Shown: positions 49,361-61,085, numbered from the whole stretch's first letter. The stretch: 62,389 nucleotides of DNA, filler included, from Chiloscyllium plagiosum (GCF_004010195.1; 4 parts of one record of this genome joined end to end with filler, not necessarily neighbours in it), one strand, 5' to 3'. Numbers and translations: made by a program. The notes: generated from the sequence alone by a model not told the origin.

Positions 49361-49974
49361 AACTTGGTGAAGATGGATAAGTAACCAATACATTACATTA
49401 GAAAGAGCATGCCTGCTCCGCCCTGACCCTTTTCCCATCCCAGATTCATCTCAACTCACTTCCCATTACATTCATTGGGGTCCATCGTCATACTTTCATG
49501 ACATATGACGCACCCTCGGAAGTTACCTAAGTAATTTTTTTTTTCCAAGCATGCACATCCTATCAAATTATTGCCATTGTCTGCAGCATCACTGAGATGG
49601 CAATGTTAGTTTATACAGTCCCAATGGCTTGGTGCAATTTGCCTTTGAGAAGCATTTGACGCATAAGCATGTTGATGCGTTGTATATTTACGAAAAAATG
49701 TAGGAGGAGTTTGTGAATGTATGGTTCATGTATTTGCCCCTTCAAAGTTTTGATACCCAGCACTTATGGATCCCATGCTTTCTTCCATCAAACAGATACT
49801 GGACACATCCACCCACCTTGGGCATTATCTGAGCCATTCTTCAGTCATTACGTGCATCTAGAGAACTGCAAGTGACGACAGAGAACATAGCTTGTGGTGG
49901 ATACTGTCAGCACTGGTCTCCGCATGGTCACAAGTTAACTTCCCCCATAACCACTAGTCCCAGAACAATCAAGA

Positions 49975-50076
49975 AGGTAAAAACAATGACCGCAGATCCT
50001 GGAAACCAGATTCTGGATTAGTGGTGCTGGAAAAGCACAGCACAGAGAACTGCTGTGCTCTTCCAGCACCACTAAT
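49975..50076. mobile_element. Hairpin PLE-tail micro-insertion with a perfect 15-bp TSD
   Basis: CCAGAACAATCAAGA at 49960-49974 and 50077-50091. The arms are TTCTGGATTAGTGGTGCTGGAAAAGCACAGCA and TGCTGTGCTCTTCCAGCACCACTAATCCAGAA. Confidence 0.88.
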
Positions 50077-50459
50077 CCAGAACAATCAAGAGTTAAGCCT
50101 CAGGACTGTATTCACCACAGTCTTCAAACAGTGGCTAGACATGACTTTATAGCCTCCTCCTACTACTGTCTTTGCAGCTCCCTTGTTTCCCCTGACAGCT
50201 TGCATTGGCCCTACAGGACTGACCATTGACCATTCTCTGGACTCTGGACAGATCCCCTGACTGTGAGCATCATAAGCAGATGACCAACCATTCCACAGTC
50301 CCTGGACTGTGCCCATAACTGGGAATACCAGGACCCACTGACCAACAGCAGCACACCCTTGATGGACTGAGGATAAGTCCCTACCACTTTCCAAGATGGC
50401 CTTCTGGTTAAATAGACATGCAGTGTATTCACAGTGTAGGCAGCTGGCACATTCTACAG

Positions 50460-50596
50460 ATTCATTCCTGATAAAGTGCTTTTGCCTGAAATGTCAATTT
50501 TCCTGTTCCTCGGATGCTGCCTAACCTGCTGTGCTTTTCTAGCACCACTCTAATCTAGACTCTGATCTCCAGCGTCTACTGTCCTCACTATTGCTT
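50460..50596 (+). mobile_element. PLE-tail micro-insertion with a decayed hammerhead
   Basis: attcCTGATAAagtgcttttgcctGAAAtgtc...CCAGCGTCTACTGTCCTCAC. TSD-like AC(A/G)TTCTACAG at 50449-50459 and 50597-50607. Confidence 0.8.
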
Positions 50597-51107
50597 ACGT
50601 TCTACAGGTGTTAAACTGATGTTCAAGAAGATGACCCCCCACCATTCCCAGGCAGATTCCTACTGTCAAGCAGCCTGTCTGTGTGTCTGCTAAAGAACTC
50701 ATTAAAACAGCATTACTGATTGTGATAGGCTCTGGCTGGAGCGCTAATACGCTAACTAGCATGGCATGGAAAGCAAGCCAAGGCATGGATGCCATGAGCC
50801 AGCAGGTAGGAAAGCACAGTATAACGGAGCAGCCCAGAGATGCAGCCTGGTCCAAACCATGAGCTGGTTGCCTGTGCCTGAGTACAGAGTGTCCCTGCTG
50901 AAGCCTTTCAATGCTAGCTGCCAGTGTGCCCTGCAATACAAGTCTGTGTTTCCTAAATGGCCTGTAATTGGATCAAAGAGATGCCTTGATGGGTTTGGCA
51001 AAGGTCAGGTATCAACGTTAATAAATGAGGAGTTTGTGTGGCTGATGCCTATTGATTGTGCCCGAAGATGCTGTTTGGTCATATGTAACAGTGAGGACCT
51101 TCCGAGC

Positions 51108-51320
51108 AAAGATGTGCAGGTTAGGTGAACGGCCATGCTAAATTATGTATAGTGTCCAGAGATGTGCAGGCCAGATGGGTTAGCCGTGGTAAATGCAGAG
51201 TTACAGGGACAGCGTAGAAGGCTGGGTTTGGGTGGGATACACTTTGGCAGGTCGGTGCAGACTCAATGGACCAAATGGCCACTTTCCATACTGTAGAGAA
51301 TCTATTATTCTATGATTCTA
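51108..51320 (+). mobile_element. HE1-like SINE 3' half
   Basis: AAAGATGTGCAGGTTAGGTGAA...GGCCATGCTAAATT...CTGTAGAGAATCTATTATTCTATGATTCTA. Confidence 0.8.
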
Positions 51321-51536
51321 TAAACAAGCTGAAATCGCCTGACACCAATCAGCCTACCATGTCAAGATTCCTTGACGTCCAGCTTATTTGGCACATTTAA
51401 TAGGTTAGGAAGTTGAATATTGAGGTGAGTTGGGCAATTGTTATGGCTTAGTTAGCATCATGCCACTGTCAAGCAAGAAACTTGCTTGTTGCTTGTCAAA
51501 AGGTGCTTCAAATTCCACCAAATTTGAGAATGGCCT

Positions 51537-52126
51537 ACATTGGGGAAACTGGACGCCTTCTCGCAGAGCGCTTTAGGGAACGTCTCCGGGACATCCGTAC
51601 CAATCAACCCCACCGTCCCAACATTTCAACTCCCCCTCCCATGCAGGTCCTGGGCCTCCTCCACCACCACTCCCTCACCACATGACGCCTGGAGGAAGAA
51701 TGCCTCTTTGTTTGCCTCCGAACACTTCAACCCCAGGTCATCAATGTGGGCTTTACCAGTTTCCTCATTTCCCCTCCCTCCGCCTTACCCCCCATTCCAA
51801 CCTTCCAGCTCAGCACCATCCTCATGACCTGTCCTATCTGCCAATCTTCCTTCCGGCCTATCCGCTCCACCCTCCTCTCTGACCTATCACCTTCATCCCC
51901 ACCCCCATCCACCTAATGTATTCTTTGCTACCTTCTCCTCAGCCCCACTCCCCTCCCATTTATCTCTCCACCCCGGAGGCTCCCTGCCTTCATTCCTGAT
52001 GAAGGACTTTTGCCCGAAACGTCAATTTTCCTACTCCTCGGATGCTTCCTGACCTGCTGTGCTTTTCCGACACCACTCTAATCTAGACTCTGATTTCCAG
52101 CATCTGCAGTCCTCACTTTTGCCTAG
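51537..52126 (+). mobile_element. 5'-truncated PLE (GIY-YIG C-terminus plus hammerhead tail)
   Basis: Reads YIGETGRLLAERFRE. CTGATGAaggacttttgcccGAAAcgtc at 51996-52023. Imperfect TSD TTGAGAATGGCCT / TTGAGATGGGCCT at 51524-51536 and 52127-52139. Confidence 0.88.
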
Positions 52127-53782
52127 TTGAGATGGGCCTTGTCAGACCCCTTATGTGTTTCTGCCACAAATCTCAACATATGCCATGTCACTCAGACTCC
52201 TATAAGATTCCACCCTGACACTGGACATTAGCTTACAGACACATAAAAAGAAACAAGGCACTCAAGTAAAACAAAAACAGAAACTTACTGCATTCACACA
52301 CAATATTTTCCCTTTACTTTGCTCACAGATATTTCTGTGGGTATGTAATTGTTTTTAATTTCCCATCTCATTTGTGGTTTAGTGGAATTGAGAGAAAATT
52401 GTTCTTTCTGTTCAAGTGCACACAATGCTGAAAGAGAGATTAATACCTTTGCTTACCCAATCTCTCTTTTATTTCCTGAATCTTCTTCTCAGCACAATAA
52501 AGTGCTCCAATCAAAGCATGTTCAGCTCTTAGCTTTTCCTCATCCATCCCCCTTGGACAAATATAGCTACATCTGCCAAATAGATTATGTCAAACTGTTC
52601 TAAACACTTCCCTAGGAGGGCTTTACTCTCTCAAGTTAGTTCAAATATCTTCCCTCAACATTTCTTCTGTCCTTTTCATGACTTTTTGTGTACTTTCAAA
52701 AGTCACCAGTGTTCAATTTAATCTGCCACCATGTTTAATCTAAGAAATTATCCCTGCAGGGTCCAAAGAGGAGTCACATTGGACTTGAAAAATTAACTCT
52801 CTCTCTCTCTCTCCACATTTGCTGCCAGATCTACTGAGCTTCTCCACCCCTTTGCTTTTATGTGATAACTGACAATTTCTGGCCAGATAATCACTCCCAT
52901 ATTCGAAAAACACATTTATGCACTAATATTAAAACCCAGATTTTGGTACTAATTTATACGGTTTGCTGTTCACTTTATCTTAATGAGAAGTCCTAAGTCA
53001 ATTACAATTACATGCGTTGTTTGAGACAGTCTATTTAAAGGTTTACTAGTCCAGGTCAATTATAAGATCTTTCCAAGTCTTCAGAAATTTTCCAGAATTT
53101 ACTAATTTTCTCATAAATTCAAAAGAGTGATATGTAATAAAAGCAGTAGCTTCAAATATTCACAATGGAATACCAGCTCACAACATTGGATGTCTCTTGT
53201 TCTCTCTGTTGACTGAAATTCTCCTAATTTCCGTCACCTTTCACAATGGGCTGCTAAGAGTTATTGCTTATTAACCACGGCTAGCTACCACACGCATGCC
53301 TGTTCGGAGGTATCCTGAACTCTAATTGGTTTGCCAATGTATGGAAAGAGTATGATCGACCTCTGATTGGCTAGGTAGTGTGTGTCCAATTTATGATTGA
53401 CTGCATTAAAAATGATGGTAATCTTACCAATATGACTTCCTGCACCTCTTATGTTCCTTGGGCTATCAGTCATTTACAGGATCATCCAATTCATTACAGC
53501 TTGTCCCTCTTAGCTTACTACCATCATCGATCTCTACTAAGATAATGAGACAATATGAAGATAATTTGTTGGTATTTACAAGAAATGAGGTCTTATCACC
53601 TCGTGATTAACATCATCTAAATGACACCATTGATATCTCTATCAATATACATGTCAGAGACGCCTACTGAACCCTGCACCACTAACCTTGCCTCAAATCC
53701 CTCCCACCCACCCCGCATCATGGCCTCCACCACATACTCACATTTGGCATTCGGTCCCTCATTGACCCTGGGTATTTTTTTT

Positions 53783-54089
53783 TAAGATTAGATTACTTAC
53801 AGTGTGGAAACAGGCCCGTCGGCCCAACAAGTCCACACCGACCCGCCGAAGCGTAACCCACCCATTCCCCTACATTTACCCCTTTACCTAACACTACGGG
53901 CAATTTAGTGTGGTCAATTCACCTGACCTGCACATCTTTGTGACTGTGGGAGGAAACCGGAGCACCCGGAGGAAACCCACGCAGACACGGGGAGAATGTG
54001 CAAACTCCACACAGTCGCCTGAGTCGGGAATTGAACCTGGGTCTCTGGCACTGTGAGGCAGCAGTGCTAACCACTGTGCCACCATGCCG
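53783..54089 (-). mobile_element. Young full-length HE1-like V-SINE
   Basis: CpG-retaining copy with head GGCATGGTGGCACAGTGGTTAGCACTGC, B-box GGTTCAATTCC and tail CCACACTGTAAGTAATCTAATCT. Confidence 0.92.
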
Positions 54090-54189
54090 CTCATCAACTT
54101 GCTCAGTGTGATAGTATTACACTCTTCTGAGTAGTTTATTTCCATTTCTTTTCTTTTCTCTTTATTTTCTCTCATTAATTTCTTTCTTT

Positions 54190-55232
54190 TATTTTATTTA
54201 TCACTTGGTGGCGGGGTGACAGCATAGGCAATGATGAGTACACCAGCAGTGCAGACTCAGTGCAGCAACGTCAGAGGCGAGTTCAGTTTCCTGGCAACCT
54301 CTACATTGTCGAGGCAGTCCGAGCAGAAACTCACCGTGAGTCCACTTTCTTTCGGTGGCTGTGGGTGAAAAAGGAGGTTCCGGGAGGCTGTTGCATTGGA
54401 GAATGAGGTGTGGATCTGGCCATTCCTCCTGGCTGTGTTCTGGTGGGTCCTTTGACCAGGCTGCTTCAGTGGTAACTGAAGACAAGATGGGTCTGTCCTC
54501 GGATTTCAATGGTGCAGGTTTCCTTGAGACTTCTGCAGCATCTTTGGGGCCACACGATTGGTCTGGCCTGGCCTGGGATTCTTTTATGCAGCTTCCGTGG
54601 CAGCCTGGGACTTTTTTAATGATGGCTTGGGATTCCTTTCAGTGGCTTCGGTGATTGTTTTGGTTGGCAACAGTCTGGGTGGTGATTTCAATCAGTCTGT
54701 GACTCCATGTAGCATTTTCTTTGGCATTGTGGCGGGTCTGGCCCTGGATTCCCCTGGGTGGGGGATTGAGTCTTTTAGTGCAGTGCCATGAAATGGACTA
54801 TGTGGTCTTCGTCTTGGATTCTCTTTTCCTTAATTTCCTTTCTTACTCTGTTATAGTATCATGGAAGGATTGTAATATTGGATAACATAGTTCTTTATTT
54901 TTCATTTTTTCCTAAGAATTTATAGCTAAATATCTGTACCTCAGTATTTTTGTACCTAAGATGGTGCCATAAGTGATGACTTGTAAACTTTTCATTGTAC
55001 TCATATGAGTACATGTGACAATAAGTGTGGTGCTGGAAAAGCGCAGAAGGCCAGGCATCATCCGAGGAGCAGGAGAATCGATGTTTCGGGCATAAGCTCT
55101 TCGATTCTCCTGCTCCTCGGATGCTGCCTGGCCTGCTGCGCTTTTCCAGCACCAAACTTTTCAACTCTGGTCCCCAGCATCTGCAGTCCTCACTTTCTCA
55201 ACATATGACAATAAAGCCAGTTCAATTCAATT
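54190..55232 (+). mobile_element. Unassigned non-coding element with a LINE-like 3' tail
   Basis: GC-richer body with degenerate internal repeats (GCCTGGGA.T). It ends TTTTCATTGTACTC...GTGACAATAAA..TTCAATTCAATT, similar to the tail at 6780-6828. Confidence 0.35.
55025..55200. mobile_element. Palindromic PLE-tail insertion, 14-bp TSD
   Basis: TSD ACAT(G/A)TGACAATAA at 55011-55024 and 55201-55214. The inverted arms meet inside a truncated hammerhead. Confidence 0.88.
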
Positions 55233-58200
55233 TAGGTGGGACTTGACCCCAGGCCTCCTGGCTCAGAGGTAGGGTCAGTATCACTGCAACACAAGACCTT
55301 GTGTCTTTGCAGCTGTATTGCTACCATTTGCAACTGCTCCTGCAGTGGAGACCTGCCAGCCTCTGACTAGCCAGCAGCTGTCAGAGCGAAGAATTTCCAC
55401 TCCTGGCAGAAGGCCTGACAGTGATCACTAGGCGTTAGCATAATGGACTTTGTCCAGTTGAGGCAATCTTTGCCTCCATTAAGTTCTACCAGAGCACGGT
55501 GGGCTTGTTTCCTATAAGAAACAGAAACATGCAGCAACCCAAAAGTGCAGGTGCAGACCACACAGTAGTGTGCACATATATCCATATGAAAATTTACAAA
55601 TGGATAACAGTGCCTAACAATACAACTAAGTGAGAATTTTCATCTTAATTGTAGAATATAATTTATGCCAATTTAAACAAGTTAATCAAGGCTTAATAAA
55701 TATGTTTGGATGAAATGTTATAATTTATATCTTTCTACATCACGTGAAGCAATTGCTGATAAGAAAATTGCATTAAAATATTTCCAAATTTTACTTGCAA
55801 AGTCTGATATCAGAAGTTCTGCAAAATAACTTGTGATTAAATGCAATCCATAGATAATAATAAGTAAGTTTGAAATTAAACTTTCACTCAGTTTCTTTTT
55901 TAAAAAAAAGGATAGAAAGTTTCTGCTGTGGAAGTTTCTGTTTCTCTGCCTGCAATAAATGATTGCCTTACAATCACAGTGCACAATATTTCGAGTTTCA
56001 CTTACAAGTCAATGTAGTCCAACATTCTGTCTAACAGTATGTTCAACGCAAAGAGAAAATTATCTGAAGTAGTTCATCTAAAGGCCAGTTCACTGTAGTC
56101 ATGAATAACATTAATTGTGAAAAGCCTGGATAAATATTCCTCCATTCAGAAAAAAACATCCATAGTTTTACTTCATTAAATTTTGAAATTGAAGGAAGAG
56201 ATATCAAATAAGCTGTTTCTAAAGTTAATAAATTTGCATAACCTAACAGGAAATCAGCATAATTAGTAATGAGCATGATCTTCTGTTTAATTCTATGTAA
56301 TTCATGATTTCCAATTTCCAGCTGTCAGTCAGATGCTAGAATATTTCTTTAACAGTATTTTCACAAAGTGCAATTATTCTAAGATTGTTTCACATTATTT
56401 CTTTGAGTCAAGGTTGCTATACAAACACAATTTGCTACTTCACATGGGTCAGATAACAATGTGTAAATGGTTATCATTCTAATTAAATGGTCAGAGTGAC
56501 CAGGCATGATCCTGTTGTATATTTAATGTAATCTACTTCTTAAATTATTGCTTTTTTAAATCCTTTTGAATGAACAAAACATTAATTTTATATTAAAGCA
56601 CTAATGTATATGTTAGTTACATTTACATATAGTTATATATTAAGGAAGACTAGGATGTTTGAGGAAGATTAAGGAAATTCAAATCATGGCAGGCGAGCAG
56701 CCAAGTGGAATGTGTACCCTGTCACATGTTGAGAGTCATGGACTGTGGGTCTACCTACAGTACATGGACTGCAGTGGTACAAGAATGCAATTCACCATCA
56801 CTTCTCAAGAGCAACTAGGGATGGGCAATAAATGCTGACCAGTCACCGACACTCATGCCCTACAAGTGAATATATAAACCCTGCCAGTATTGAGGATGAT
56901 CACGTCTGCCGGAAGTGCTCCCAACTACCTAAATTTGTGCTTCAGGTTTCAGAGCTCAAGCAGCAGCTGGAAACACAGTGGCACATCTATGAGGCTAAGA
57001 GTTACATGGATAGCGTATTTAGAGAGGTGGTCACCCCACAGCTGAAGGGACTGGAGGAAGAAAAGAAACGGGTGACCACCAGGCAGTCAAGGAGAAACAG
57101 GCAGGTAGTATAGGAGACACTGAGGTCCTGCGCACAAATTGGTTTTCCATTCCGGAAGCTGAGACTGGCAGTGAAAACTCAAGGTAGTCAGAGCCAGGCT
57201 TCTGGCACTGCAAACGGCCTGACAGTACAGGAGGGGAGGAAGAAGAAAGCATTGGTAGAGTGTTAAATGAGTACTTCACATCTGTCTTTGCAGGAGAACA
57301 AGGATGCAAGTAGAGAATTCAAGAAGACGAATTGTGAGGTTCTTGAGCAGACTGGTGAAAGCAATGAGCAGGTGTTGGAGGTTTGGATAGATTTAAAAGT
57401 AGACAAATCCCTAGGTCTGAATGAGTTGTATCCTCAGCTGCTGTGGGAGATGAGGGAGGAAATTACAGTGGCTCTGACTCACATTGTCAAATCATCTCTG
57501 GCCACAAGGGACGTGCCACAGGAATGGAGGCCAAAGTGGTTCCAGCTTACAAGAAAAGTAACAAAGATAAATTATGGAACTATAGACCAATGAGTCTATC
57601 ATCAGTGGTAGGGAGCTGTTGGAGAAAATATTGAATGAGAAAGTTAACCACCATCTAGAGAGGCAATGTTTAATTTGCATGGTTTTGTCAAAGGGAGGTG
57701 ATGCTTAAAAAAAATCTAGTATTTTTTGAGAAAGTGACCAAGAGTCTGGGGGAGGATAGAATTTTTAATGTAGTTAATATACATTTCAGCAAGGCCTTTG
57801 ACATGTCCCCACATGGTAAACTAATAAAGAAGGTAAAAGCTCATGGGACCCATGGAAATTTGGCAAATTGGATCCAAACTTGGTTTAGTGATAGGAAACA
57901 GAGGGTGGTGTTGGAAGGCTCTTTGTGTAACTGGAACTCGGTGTTCAGTGGTGTACAACAGAGTTCAGTGCTGGGTTCCTATTGTTTGGGATATTCATAA
58001 ATGGTGTGAACAAGAATACAGAATGGATGATAAGTAAGTTTGTGGAAGAAGGAACAAGACAAGAAAATATTCAATGAATGGCAGGACACTAGGAAGCTCA
58101 GAGGAACAGGCTTTTGGCACTGCAAATGGCCTGACAGTACAGGAGGGGAGGAAGAAGAAAGCATTGGTCGAGTGTTAAATGTGGAATGGGGATTTTGAGG

Positions 58201-58237
58201 AGTATGTCCACAGATCCCTGAAGGTGGCAGGACAGCT

Positions 58238-58530
58238 TCATAGAATCCCTGCAGTGCGGGAGCAGTCCATTTGCCCCTTTGAGTTCACACCGACCTTTTG
58301 AAAGCCATCCTGTCCCCATAATCCTACATTGCCCATGGCTAATCCACCCAGCCTGCACAACTTAGCACGGCCAAACAATCTAAACTGCACATCTTCGGAC
58401 TGTGGGAGGAAACCAGAACACCTGGAGGAAACCCATGCGAACTCTACACAGACAGTTTCCCAAGGGTGGGATTGAATCCAGGTCCCTGGCACTGTGAGAC
58501 AGCAGTACTAACCACTGAGCTGTCCCTGGG
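58238..58530 (-). mobile_element. HE1-like V-SINE nested in CR1
   Basis: GCTCAGTGGTTAGTACTGCTGTCTCACAGTGCCAGGGACC head, V-domain and CACTGCAGGGATTCTATG tail. Confidence 0.85.
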
Positions 58531-58717
58531 CCAGTTAAAATGGCATAGAGGATGTTTGCCTTTATCAGTCGTGGCCTTATCAAATCATAAGAGCAGGGAG
58601 AGCTGTACAGAACTTTGGTTAGGATTGTGTGCAGTACTGTGTGCAGTTCTGGTTATCACACTGTAGGAAAGATGTGATTACACTGGGGTGGGTGCAAAGG
58701 AGATTCACCAGAACATT

Positions 58718-58965
58718 GAATAAAAACTGAAAGAACTGCATATATTGTAAATCAGAAACACAGACAGAAATTGCTGGAAAAGCTGAGCAGGTCTGGCAGC
58801 ATCTGTGGAGAGAAATCAAAGTTACCATTTCGGGTCGAGTGACCCTTCCTCAGGTCTCAGCCCATCTGAGGAAAGGTCACTCGAACCAAAACAGTAACAT
58901 TGATTTTTCTCCACAGGAAGATGCTGCCAGACCTGCTGAGCTTTTCCAGATATTTCTGTTTTTGT
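58718..58965. mobile_element. Palindromic PLE-tail insertion (family B) nested in CR1, 14-bp TSD
   Basis: TSD TTCACCAGAACATT / TTCACCAGGATATT at 58704-58717 and 58966-58979. The minus-strand core is CTGAGGA-a-gggtc(actc)gaccc-GAAA at about 58828-58853. Confidence 0.85.
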
Positions 58966-60213
58966 TTCACCAGGATATTTCCTCAGATGGAGTATTTCAG
59001 CTATGAAGAGAGGCTAGATCAGCTCAAGTCATTTTCTTTGGAGCAGAGAAGGTTGAGTGGCGTATAGATTACAAGGAACATGAACAGGCTAAATAGAAAG
59101 CAACTGTACCCCTTAGTCAAGGGGTCAAATAAAAAGGAAATATAATTTTATAGTGAAAGGCAGGAGGTTTAGAGGGAAGTTGAGGAAAAACATTTTCACC
59201 CAGAGGTTATTGGGGGTCTGAAATGCACTGCCTGGGAGGGTAGTTGAGGTGGGAAATGTCACAGTCTTTAAGAAAGACTTGGATGAGCACTTGAAATGTC
59301 ATAATATTCAAGATGATGGGCCAAGTGTGGGAAAGTGGGATTAATGTAAGTAGTAATACATTTTTGGCAATACAGACTCAATGGGCCAAATGGCCTCTTT
59401 TGTACTGTACATTTCTATGATTCCGTAACATATCTATCAATATAAAAAAGTCTTATTTTGCGTGTTTTTGATAATGTGTCTTTTGTTAAGCTTCCTCTAT
59501 CTTAAACTCCACATCACAGTGACATTTCCTGCGTAGCATATTGACCTTACCATTAATTACAGGCAATATTATGCCATGTCTGTTTTGTACTGTTAATACA
59601 AATTTCTTCCACCAATTTGTTTTGAAATGACTGACTATCATGGTATTTTAAAGATATGTGTAGACTGTCACTCCAACAAAACGTATCCTAAAAACATGGC
59701 AGCGCGAATATTGGCATTCTATGATTTAAGTAATAATCTTAGCAAGTTAGAATTGGATGGACAGTTCCCCATTGGCCTGGATTGTTGCCACTGCAATTGC
59801 ATTAGTGAAGGAAACTTGACATCATCCAGGAGAGAGCAGGGTATTTGACTGACAGAGATTGACAAAATTTTGCTGTGGCTCATTCTTGACCACAGACACT
59901 TTGGCACTGGGTGGATCATCCTGGAAGGTAGTGGCATCTCAAGTGCAAGATTTGCTCCTTTTTTTTCCTACCCTGCTGATGTTCTGCCTTAGTTTAAAAA
60001 CATTATAGAGGCAGACCCACTACTTAAGATTGGGGCATAGGTATCTCAAATATCGTGGATTTGTTCACTCAGTTTCCAGAGGCAATACCCTTGAGAAAAA
60101 TCACAGTAGAAGTTGTGATTAAGGAATTAATTTACTGGGCATACGTTGCCAAAAAAAAAATCCAAATTGGCGAGGAGACAAATTTTGTCTAACAAATGTT
60201 TTAGGAGATTATA

Positions 60214-60440
60214 GGGAAAAAGTGAGGACTGCAGATGCTGGAGATCAGAGTCGAAGAATGCAGTGCCGGAAAAGCACAGCCAGCAGGCAGCATCCGAGAA
60301 ACAGGAGGATCAATGTTTTGGGCATAAGCCCTTCATCGGGAATGAAGCCTCATTCCTGATGAAGGGCTTATGCCCGAAACATCGATTCTCCTGCTCCTCA
60401 GATGTGCCTGACTGGCTGTGCTTTTCCAGCACCACGCTCT
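60214..60440. mobile_element. Palindromic PLE-tail insertion with two opposed hammerheads, 15-bp TSD
   Basis: TSD TTTTAGGAGA(T/G)TATA at 60199-60213 and 60441-60455. The plus-strand core is CTGATGA-a-gggc(ttat)gccc-GAAA-catc at 60356-60383. Confidence 0.9.
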
Positions 60441-60589
60441 TTTTAGGAGAGTATATACAATTTAGAAATTAGGTAGTTAAACTCATCTACTTACCATCCA
60501 CAGAGCCAAAGAGCCTGTTCAGTTACAGGAAGATCCATGGCAGAAACTCAAAATGCTGATGAAACACCATCCTTTAATTGAGAAGTTCC

Positions 60590-61085
60590 AAGGGACTTTT
60601 CCGCATTGTCAGGTTACCAGCTTTATAGCTGAACTGGAACAGCTTGGGTCAAGGTGCAGCAAGATTGGGATCACAAGTCTTCAGTACTATTGCCAGAATG
60701 TTGCCAAGACCCATGGCCTTTACAGTATCAGGTGCTTTCAGTGATTTCTTGATATTGTAAATTTAATTGGCTGAAGACTGTTACCTGTGTTGCTGGGGAC
60801 TTCTGTAGAGGCTGAGATTAGTCATCCACTCAGCATTTCTGTTTGTAGTTTGTTGCAATTGTTTTAATCTTATTTTTTGCACTGACATTGTGGCCTCTCC
60901 CATCTTTGAGGATAGGGATATTCCTTGGCCATCCTTCTCCTCCAGTGGGTTGCTTAGTTATTCACTATCACAAATGTGACTTGATATGGCAGGACTGCAG
61001 AGCCTAGTTTTGATCCATTGGTACTGGGTTTACAAGTTGCTTAAGCTGTTTGACATGTAGGTACTAAATCTTCACCAAGTTGACT
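60590..61085 (-). mobile_element. Old CR1/L2-group ORF2 relic
   Basis: Minus strand reads IKKSLKAPDTVKAMGLGNILAIVLKTCDPNLAAP, resembling the pre-RT KA.GPDNIP..VLK.C..ELA.PL motif. Confidence 0.6.

Larger units (their letters stand above)
56686..59425 (+). mobile_element. Old internally deleted CR1 (ORF1 5' part fused to ORF2, then 3' tail) carrying several nested insertions
   Basis: ORF1-like DDHVCRKCSQL..LQVSELKQQLETQW..VVTP, then LNEYFTSVF, VDKSLG, FSKAFD, SGVQQSSVLG and a CR1 tail near 59400. Confidence 0.82.
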
